In this document: positions 22,627-30,978 of the stretch, in pieces
Layout of the letters: each line of letters opens with the position of its first letter
How positions within the stretch are numbered: the stretch's first letter is position 1
Source of the DNA: Neisseriaceae bacterium
Lineage (GTDB): Bacteria; Pseudomonadota; Gammaproteobacteria; Burkholderiales; Neisseriaceae
Length of the DNA stretch: 64,000 nt
Reading direction: 5' to 3'
Assembly: GCA_016864895.1 (NCBI GenBank)
Contig: CP046107.1
Coordinates: forward strand, 997,741-1,061,740
Program-made: the position numbers and the translations under genes
The notes under the pieces: model-generated
Seen by the model: the letters and a program-made list of their open reading frames with translations, nothing else
What the model was told of the DNA's origin: nothing
The model's database searches: none

Positions 22627-23396
22627 TGCTTGCATTGTAATCCATTCATTAAAAAATTTTTCATAACTCCTTTAGCAGATCGAACCATATAGCTTGACCA
22701 TTTGATATCTAAGTGCCCTTTTTTTTCATGACGTATATTGCTTGGGAAATTTTCACAATCTTCAAGAGCAATGAAGGGGTGCATGTGCAATATTTTAGTA
22801 TTTTTTTGTTGTTCAAAATATAACCAATCATCAGCAGTAACATGTATCATCTGTGATTGTAATTTCTTGGCTCCTTGTAGGGTAATGATATAAGCGACAG
22901 TACCACAACTAAATTGTTTCCATGGTTTCCCAAATTGATAATTTAAGCAAGTATAAGTATGTTTAATGGGAAGCCTACGATAATGGTAAGCTAAATCTTT
23001 CTCTAAGATTTTAACATAACCGAGTATTAGTACATCAAATTCAGTATTTTTTTGAATAGTACCAATATGACTCAATAGTGGCAACGGGTTGTTAATCAAT
23101 TTAAAATCATCTTCTAATATTAGGGAAAAAGGAATTTGTTGAGCGATAATCTTGTTATAAATTTTCTGGTGTCCGAGTGCACAAGCAATCTCGGTATTAC
23201 TTAAAAATTTGTTTTTTTGTTTTGCTTTATCAGTTGGTTGATAGGCAGCAGATGTTTCCCATTTTGTTTTATTCCTAAAATCCAAAGCATCCACACATTC
23301 AAAGGGTAGAGCATATTCAATACACTGACTAAAGGCTGATTGCCGTCTATTGACCGCATCAGGTAAAGACAGAATAAAAATGTTAGGAAGATTCAT
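22623..23396 (-). CDS. Glycosyltransferase family 25 (LOS/LPS galactosyltransferase-like)
   Basis: 257 aa. GT25-type N-terminus IFILSLPDAVNRRQS...F..VDALD and an EDD acidic block (LILEDDF). Confidence 0.7.
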   Translation of the reverse strand: MNLPNIFILSLPDAVNRRQSAFSQCIEYALPFECVDALDFRNKTKWETSAAYQPTDKAKQKNKFLSNTEIACALGHQKIYNKIIAQQIPFSLILEDDFKLINNPLPLLSHIGTIQKNTEFDVLILGYVKILEKDLAYHYRRLPIKHTYTCLNYQFGKPWKQFSCGTVAYIITLQGAKKLQSQMIHVTADDWLYFEQQKNTKILHMHPFIALEDCENFPSNIRHEKKGHLDIKWSSYMVRSAKGVMKNFLMNGLQCKQ

Positions 23397-24648
23397 GTTT
23401 GATCAAAAAGCCAAGTAACATATAAACTGTCATCATATAAAATATCATACCTAATGGCAATCTTAGAAAAGAATCAGATAAACAAAATGTGAAAATATTA
23501 AAAATGAGAATATAGCCCAATATAGAAATAGTCTCATTATGTTGTCTATATTTATAAAACATATGCAGTGGTACAAATAGGATAGACAAGGTTGCTAAAA
23601 ATAAGAAAATACCTTTTTTTACCAATACATCCAAAAATTGATTGTGGGCATGCACAAAGGGAACAGCCTCGGGAATAATTAAACCATTTTTTGCTTGTAA
23701 TTCTTTAACAAAAATATAATTGGCATTTCCCCAGCCTAATAAAGGTTTTTGTAAAAAACCATCAATAGCACTTTTCCAAAACTCAAAACGTAGTCCAATA
23801 GAAGAGTTAGGATTGCTATCCTGAAAATACCAAATCAAATCAGTTCTAATCTGATCCAATCTTACAGAGATCCCTGTGTCATATAGAAATAAAAATGACA
23901 TGAAAATTATGAGTATAATGGGAAGAAATAGTGTTGTGATGAGCTTAGGTATATGTGCGAGATAATGAATAAAAAGTACTATAAATACTATAGGAAAACA
24001 TAACCAGGCACCGCGAGAGCCAGTTAAAACACTGGCAGTTACGCCAAGTAAAAAAGTCATTAAGGTGAATAGGCTATAAATTTTGTTTCGTTTATAGGCA
24101 TCAAAGAATAAAGTGAGGCAGAAAAGTGATAATGTAATCACGATCCCAGCAGCAGGAATGACTGGTTGTTGTGTTTCCAATGCACGTTCGGTACCTTGTA
24201 CGTATTTATCATACAAAGCATAAATACCAATAATGATGGTCGCAATGGGAAATATATAATTAAGTGATTTAGTATAGTTGAGAGTATGACAAAAGAATAA
24301 AAAAGCAGGTAACAAAATCAGGGGAATTAATTCAAATTTAATACTACTAAAACTTTCTCCATGAATCAAAGCCAATACAGATGCGGTAATGGTATAAGTT
24401 GAAAAAGTATATAAAATAATAAGATGATCTTTATTGATTTTAAAAGAGTGTATTATAAAGCTGTTGTGTACCAACAATATAATACCAAAAATAGAAAAAA
24501 TAGTAGGAATAATAAAATAAAAGTTTCTTTGTGAGACAATCACTAAGGTAGAAAAAAATACCAATAGCAGAACATAGCCTATTCTTTCTATTGTTTTTGA
24601 TGGTGCAAACATGATTAGTCTCACTGATTTAGTGTTGCATGACAACAA
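23383..24648 (-). CDS. O-antigen ligase / O-oligosaccharyltransferase family (Wzy_C domain) membrane protein
   Basis: 421 aa with more than 10 TM segments. Wzy_C-like block LTGSRGAWLCFPIV and a periplasmic loop with HAHNQFLDVLVKKG. Confidence 0.65.
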   Translation of the reverse strand: MLSCNTKSVRLIMFAPSKTIERIGYVLLLVFFSTLVIVSQRNFYFIIPTIFSIFGIILLVHNSFIIHSFKINKDHLIILYTFSTYTITASVLALIHGESFSSIKFELIPLILLPAFLFFCHTLNYTKSLNYIFPIATIIIGIYALYDKYVQGTERALETQQPVIPAAGIVITLSLFCLTLFFDAYKRNKIYSLFTLMTFLLGVTASVLTGSRGAWLCFPIVFIVLFIHYLAHIPKLITTLFLPIILIIFMSFLFLYDTGISVRLDQIRTDLIWYFQDSNPNSSIGLRFEFWKSAIDGFLQKPLLGWGNANYIFVKELQAKNGLIIPEAVPFVHAHNQFLDVLVKKGIFLFLATLSILFVPLHMFYKYRQHNETISILGYILIFNIFTFCLSDSFLRLPLGMIFYMMTVYMLLGFLIKHESS

Positions 24649-24711
24649 AAAACGCTCTATATCGTAAGGTTAGAACATACCAAAAAGAACTTTATTCATC
24701 TGAAATAATTT

Positions 24712-25065
<354 letters not shown>

Positions 25066-25215
25066 TTAATATTTATTTTTTTTAATTTAGTTTCTTTTTG
25101 TAGTAGGTCGAGAAAAAAACATCCAATGTTGGAATACAATAGTGCTTTTTTTATATTGTACTACCATTTCGTAAAAGATCGGAGAATAACCCTTTTAATT
25201 CGAACTTATCTAAAA

Positions 25216-26226
25216 TTAGTAAGCAACCCACCGATACAAAATAGGTAATAAGAGTGCCAAAACAACACTTATAATAAGTCCTGCCAATGCCTTAGTTACA
25301 TCACTTCTAACTATTTTTGCTGTTTCATTAAGTGGTGGAGAATACATAAGAAGCGATATAGCAAACTCTCTACCAGCTAGTAATCCCAAAAATACCCAAG
25401 TAGTACTCATCGGTACATGGCTCCATTCTTTGAATACTAAGAGGATAATTGCATAGATAAAATCAATAATAGTGGCAGCTCTTATATCTACTGTTCCTGT
25501 CTTATTAGTGACAATCTTTTGTATGGCGCCCCCACTTTTATAAAATATTAGGGCAAGTGTAAGTAAAAAGACAGCTAATGCAACAATCATCCAATTAGCA
25601 GAGACTTGTCTCGGTAAAAAGACAAAAATATTTGCTAGATCCTGTATTAACCATTGACTCCATAAAAAACCGGTTGAAATCCATTGTAAAACAATCCAAT
25701 ATTTAGGAGCAGTCTGATCTCCTGTGCGATTAAAGTAGCGAATGGTATGACTAAAGACAAATCTATAAAGCAAAATTGCTAACACAAAAGCTACGACGTA
25801 ACCCATAAGTGACTTTAGCAACATTTTTTCTAGATTGCTAGGAGCAAAAATAGTTAGAATAAGGAAAGTTGTACTAACAGGAATCCCGTAACGAGTTAAG
25901 ATTAAAATCACTATTGGTGGAATGATGTATAACCAAGTTAACCCACCACTCGGGAAAGGGATTGAATCTAGACGATGATATGAAGCATCTTGTAAGGTTC
26001 CTGAACCAAGCCAACCATACATTAGAACAAAAATTAAAATCAAAGAGATAAAAAGCCACAACATCCACCATGGCTTATTTTTATTTGATGAGATAAATGT
26101 TCCTAAAGTTTGAATGGCGTCATTGGCGACAATAGAATAAGCGGCTAAGCAAAAACCGACAATCATAATAATAAGCTGGGGATTTGTCATGGTGATTTTC
26201 CAATAAGTTACAATAAACTTGGCCAT
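25216..26226 (-). CDS. PHO4/PiT-superfamily membrane transporter-like protein
   Basis: About 10 TM segments. Duplicated PiT-like signatures ANDAIQT, GIPVSTTF and PMSTTW. Alternative start at 26190 (MTNPQL). Confidence 0.5.
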   Translation of the reverse strand: MAKFIVTYWKITMTNPQLIIMIVGFCLAAYSIVANDAIQTLGTFISSNKNKPWWMLWLFISLILIFVLMYGWLGSGTLQDASYHRLDSIPFPSGGLTWLYIIPPIVILILTRYGIPVSTTFLILTIFAPSNLEKMLLKSLMGYVVAFVLAILLYRFVFSHTIRYFNRTGDQTAPKYWIVLQWISTGFLWSQWLIQDLANIFVFLPRQVSANWMIVALAVFLLTLALIFYKSGGAIQKIVTNKTGTVDIRAATIIDFIYAIILLVFKEWSHVPMSTTWVFLGLLAGREFAISLLMYSPPLNETAKIVRSDVTKALAGLIISVVLALLLPILYRWVAY

Positions 26227-27173
26227 TAAACAATAGTAATATGACAGCAGTACGACACATTACTATGCTATGATTTTATTTGATTTTTTTTGTGTGATTG
26301 TATTGAGATAGAATCATAGATTGTCAGGAAAGAGTTAAATAACTTTTTTTGACGATGGTCATGGATATTGGGGTAGATTCTTACTTCTTAAGTTTTTCAT
26401 AGATAATAAACTCAAAACACCTTAAATTATTTATCTGAATTTTGATTCGGATCCTTTATGCCAACTGAGTAATTTCAGGTAGCATGTATTTTATTTGAAA
26501 CAGATTTAATTGGTATGAATTTAATTTACTCTAAATACTCAAATTTTGTTTATAAAAAAACAAGAAAGATCCAGAAAATTTTCATAGAGAAAAAGATAAG
26601 AGATATGGAAGTTTTCAAAGATCATTAATTAATTTTAGGTTGACTAGTGAACACAGTTTTTTGCTTAGATTTAAGAAGGAAAATATTTCTGATAGCAATC
26701 AAATTATGAGCCTGAAATTAAGTTTTCATAGGAATGATGATGAGCATAATCATACATAAAAATAGTGGAGAATTTACCATGAGGATTTTTATACAGAAAT
26801 TGTAGATTAAGTAGGAATTTAAATTAACAACCATTGACTTTAGTTCAAAAAATAGTTTTTGATTTGTTTTTGATCAAATAAAAAGTCAAAAAATCTATCT
26901 CACTGTTAGTTCTTTCATTAGATGAGACATTTTCCTCACTAGATCAAAAAAAGCCACCATCTTTCTTAGAGTTAGAGTAAATATTTGACTAGTTCAAGCT
27001 CCCCCCAACAATAGGGGGTACTAAACCAAAACCTTCATACAGCTTTAAATTACCATTTTTAATACTGAGCATTTACTCAAAATTTACCTGATAGATGTTA
27101 GATTGGCTTCCATGTCCGGATTGTTAGTAGCAGTTCGGTTGATTTTTATAAATAAATATCTAGGAGATAAGTT

Positions 27174-27662
27174 ATGAGAGTAGCACAAAAAGGTTTTACC
27201 TTAATTGAGACAATGGTCGTATTGGTCATTATCGGGATAGTGGCAGCGTTCACACTTCCTAAATTCTATGAATATATTGCTAAAACGCAGGTAGCAGAAG
27301 GCATTCAAATGGCTACCAATGCTAAGATAACGATTACAGATAATTTGCAAAATGGACGTTGTACGGATCCCTATGCACAGGTCAATAATACGATTACTGG
27401 ACGTTATGCTCAGTTAGTCATTTCAGATGACCCAAGTAAAGATAAAGGCTCCTCTATCGAAACGAATACCAATGGTTGTGTGGTGACAATTACTTATGGT
27501 CGTGGTGTTGATGCTAGTGGTAACTCATCAGGTGCTAGTAAGTATATCAATAACCAAGCCTTGGTATTGAATATGTTGTACAACGGTAGCTATGAAATCG
27601 ATGGAGCTACAACCCTACCTCTTCAATATAGACCAAAGTCTTTAGTATCAACTTTCAAGTAA
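27174..27662 (+). CDS. Type IVa pilin (short, canonical; candidate major subunit)
   Basis: 162 aa. Prepilin leader MRVAQKG followed by FTLIETMVVLVIIGIVAA (Phe1, Glu5). Two Cys residues. RBS AGGAGA. Confidence 0.9.
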   Translation: MRVAQKGFTLIETMVVLVIIGIVAAFTLPKFYEYIAKTQVAEGIQMATNAKITITDNLQNGRCTDPYAQVNNTITGRYAQLVISDDPSKDKGSSIETNTNGCVVTITYGRGVDASGNSSGASKYINNQALVLNMLYNGSYEIDGATTLPLQYRPKSLVSTFK

Positions 27663-27677
27663 AAAAATACTGATGTT

Positions 27678-27702
27678 CACCCCGTCCTTCTGGTCGGGGG
27701 TG
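27678..27702. other. G+C-rich hairpin CACCCCG-N10-CGGGGGTG between pilin genes 1 and 2
   Basis: It shares the core CCCCGTCCTTC..GG.CGGGG with the left-end hairpin of the TnpB element (3755-3774). No T-run follows. Confidence 0.5.
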
Positions 27703-27738
27703 TACTAGGTGAAACTGACAAATGTTTAGGAGACAAAT

Positions 27739-28371
27739 ATGAAAGAATCACAGAAAGGCTTTACCTTAATTGAGGTAATGGTCGTATTAGTCATTATCGG
27801 GATAGTGGCAGCGTTCACACTTCCTAGATTTTATGAATATATTGCTAAAACGCAGGTAGCAGAAGGCATTCAAATGGCTACCAATGCTAAGATAACGATT
27901 ACAGATAATTTGCAAAATGGACGTTGTACGGATCCCTATGCACAGGTCAATAATACGATTACTGGACGTTATGCTCAGTTAGTCATTTCAGATGACCCAA
28001 GTAAGGATAAAGGCTCCTCTATTGAAACCAATACCAATGGTTGTGTGGTGACAATTACTTATGGTCGTGGTGTTGATGCTAGTGGTAACTCATCAGGGGT
28101 TAGTAAATATATCAATAACCAAACCTTGGTATTGAATATGTTGTACAACGGTAGCTATGAAATTGATGGAGCGACAACGCTACCTATTCAATATAGGCCA
28201 AAATCTATAGCACAAGCTTTAGGTAATAGTAATCAAGCATCATTAGAGTCCGATGAAGTTAAGGCGGAATCACTACTGCCAGTTGTAAGTGAAACTACAC
28301 CAGTAGCGGTATCAGAATCAGATAAAGTGACACCTACAGAAGAGGCATCAACACCGGCAGTAAGTGAAACT
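27739..28371 (+). repeat. Segmental duplication copy A (identical to 30346-30978)
   Basis: By eye I found no mismatch from the ATG through the pilin head, linker and first repeat unit. Upstream sequences differ. Confidence 0.85.
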
Positions 28372-29652
28372 ACACCAGTAGCGGTATCAGAATCAGATAA
28401 AGTGACACCTACAGAAGAGGCATCAACACCGGCAGTAAGTGAAGCTACACCAGTAGTGGCATCAGGATCTGATGAAGTGAAACTTGCAGAAGAGTTATCA
28501 ATACCAGTTATAAGTGATAGTACGCCAGTAGCGGTATCAGAATCATCTGAAGTGACACCTACAGAAGAGGTATCAAAACCGGCGGTAAGTGAAACTGCTC
28601 CAGTAGCGACACCAAAATCTGCTGAAGTGACACCTACAGAAGAGGTATCAAAACCGGCGGTAAGTGAAACTGCTCCAGTAGCGACACCAAAGTCTGCTGA
28701 AGTGACACCTACAGAAGAGGTATCAAAACCGGCGGTAAGTGAAACTGCTCCAGTAGCGACACCAAAATCTGCTGAAGTGAAACCTACAGAAGAGGTATCA
28801 AAACCGGCGGTAAGTGAAACTGCTCCAGTAGCGACACCAAAGTCTGCTGAAGTGACACCTACAGAAGAGGTATCAACACCGGCTGTCAGTGAAACTGCTC
28901 CAGTAGCGACACCAAAATCTGCTGAAGTGACACCTACAGAAGAGGTATCAACACCGGCTGTCAGTGAAACTGCTCCAGTAGCGACACCAAAGTCTGCTGA
29001 AGTGAAACCTACAGAAGAGGTATCAACACCGGCTGTCAGTGAAACTGCTCCAGTAGCGACACCAAAATCTGCTGAAGTGACACCTACAGAAGAGGTATCA
29101 AAACCGGCGGTAAGTGAAACTGCTCCAGTAGCGACACCAAAATCTGCTGAAGTGAAACCTACAGAAGAGGTATCAAAACCGGCGGTAAGTGAAACTGCTC
29201 CAGTAGCGACACCAAAATCTGCTGAAGTGAAACCTACAGAAGAGGTATCAAAACCGGCGGTAAGTGAAACTGCTCCAGTAGCGACACCAAAGTCTGCTGA
29301 AGTGACACCTACAGAAGAGGTATCAAAACCGGCGGTAAGTGAAACTGCTCCAGTAGCGACACCAAAGTCTGCTGAAGTGACACCTACAGAAGAGGTATCA
29401 AAACCGGCGGTAAGTGAAACTGCTCCAGTAGCAACACCAAAGTCTGCTGAAGTGACACCTACAGAAGAGGCATCATCACAAGCTTCTGATCCTTTTGCTC
29501 AGCTTGCAATGCTAAATGAAGAAGATATGGAAATAATGTCTTCACTTGGAGTATCGGGTACAGAATATTTAGCAATTAAGCCACAATGTAAGGATTCACC
29601 AGATCTTGTAAGTTGTATTCAAGACAAGTTATTCGATAAAGTAGGCGTATAG
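27739..29652 (+). CDS. Modular type IV pilin: pilin head + 16 x 25-aa PT/SE-rich repeats + unique 56-aa Cys-containing tail
   Basis: 637 aa. Leader MKESQKG followed by FTLIEVMVV. Residues 1-155 are nearly identical to pilin 1. The in-frame 75-bp repeat array spans 28285-29484. RBS AGGAGA. Confidence 0.85.
   Translation: MKESQKGFTLIEVMVVLVIIGIVAAFTLPRFYEYIAKTQVAEGIQMATNAKITITDNLQNGRCTDPYAQVNNTITGRYAQLVISDDPSKDKGSSIETNTNGCVVTITYGRGVDASGNSSGVSKYINNQTLVLNMLYNGSYEIDGATTLPIQYRPKSIAQALGNSNQASLESDEVKAESLLPVVSETTPVAVSESDKVTPTEEASTPAVSETTPVAVSESDKVTPTEEASTPAVSEATPVVASGSDEVKLAEELSIPVISDSTPVAVSESSEVTPTEEVSKPAVSETAPVATPKSAEVTPTEEVSKPAVSETAPVATPKSAEVTPTEEVSKPAVSETAPVATPKSAEVKPTEEVSKPAVSETAPVATPKSAEVTPTEEVSTPAVSETAPVATPKSAEVTPTEEVSTPAVSETAPVATPKSAEVKPTEEVSTPAVSETAPVATPKSAEVTPTEEVSKPAVSETAPVATPKSAEVKPTEEVSKPAVSETAPVATPKSAEVKPTEEVSKPAVSETAPVATPKSAEVTPTEEVSKPAVSETAPVATPKSAEVTPTEEVSKPAVSETAPVATPKSAEVTPTEEASSQASDPFAQLAMLNEEDMEIMSSLGVSGTEYLAIKPQCKDSPDLVSCIQDKLFDKVGV
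28285..29484 (+). repeat. Tandem repeat, 75-bp unit x 16 (coding, in frame)
   Basis: The unit encodes VSETAPVATPKSAEV[T/K]PTEEVS[K/T]PA. There are 4 diverged 5' units and 12 near-identical units. Period read directly (ACAGAAGAGG at 28561 and 28636). Confidence 0.95.
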
Positions 29653-30345
29653 TAGTACCGATTATTAAGGTTATTTGATGAGATATGTGTAAGGAATTTT
29701 TCGATACCAATGATTGTAAGAAAATCGATGTCATTTGTACCTAGTCCTAAAGCTTAAGTGTTGTAGTGAACTACTCCTATGAGTTAAGGCTATATCACAA
29801 AAAAAAGAGCAACAGGTCAAAGGTTTCTTAAACTGTTTCACTTGTTAATGATTAGTAGTTCTATTTGTTTAAATTGGCACCATATTCCACTCTTTTGGCT
29901 GATGCCTAAGGGAAGGAATATGGTGTCAGTTTATTGAAAAAGTTTTAATCTAAATTTATTATGAAATAATATAAAAATTAAGTCTGGGTTATTTCTACCC
30001 ATTGACTATTTTCAGAAAGACTTTATGTCATCTTGAATACTACCCAGTCTCTTAAATCTTATATAAATTATAAATCTGATAACAAATTTATATTAATCAA
30101 AACCAGATTGAAATAAATAGTGAATGCCTAAATTATTACTTTGTATTGAATATTTACTCAAATTTTACTCAAAAAATGATATGAAATGATTACGATGAAA
30201 ATTGTAATTGGTCAAACATATTTAGTTCGTTTTTTAGTTCGTTTTGCCAATTTAGTTTTTAAGGTTACTATTGCCGCTCCTATTTAGGAGCGATTTATTA
30301 GCAGTTTTTAATTAGTTTCTTTGTTTTTTGAATAAGGATTGACGT

Positions 30346-30978
30346 ATGAAAGAATCACAGAAAGGCTTTACCTTAATTGAGGTAATGGTCGTATTAGTCA
30401 TTATCGGGATAGTGGCAGCGTTCACACTTCCTAGATTTTATGAATATATTGCTAAAACGCAGGTAGCAGAAGGCATTCAAATGGCTACCAATGCTAAGAT
30501 AACGATTACAGATAATTTGCAAAATGGACGTTGTACGGATCCCTATGCACAGGTCAATAATACGATTACTGGACGTTATGCTCAGTTAGTCATTTCAGAT
30601 GACCCAAGTAAGGATAAAGGCTCCTCTATTGAAACCAATACCAATGGTTGTGTGGTGACAATTACTTATGGTCGTGGTGTTGATGCTAGTGGTAACTCAT
30701 CAGGGGTTAGTAAATATATCAATAACCAAACCTTGGTATTGAATATGTTGTACAACGGTAGCTATGAAATTGATGGAGCGACAACGCTACCTATTCAATA
30801 TAGGCCAAAATCTATAGCACAAGCTTTAGGTAATAGTAATCAAGCATCATTAGAGTCCGATGAAGTTAAGGCGGAATCACTACTGCCAGTTGTAAGTGAA
30901 ACTACACCAGTAGCGGTATCAGAATCAGATAAAGTGACACCTACAGAAGAGGCATCAACACCGGCAGTAAGTGAAACT
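30346..30978 (+). repeat. Segmental duplication copy B (identical to 27739-28371)
   Basis: Same as copy A. Confidence 0.85.

Noticed and set aside
27090-27173. Search for sigma-54 (TGGCAC-N5-TTGC) promoters upstream of the pilin genes, including 30200-30345.
   Set aside because: TTGGCTTCCATGTCC (27104-27118) and GGTTACTATTGCC (30263-30275) do not have the GG-N10-GC spacing. No convincing -24/-12 element was found by eye.
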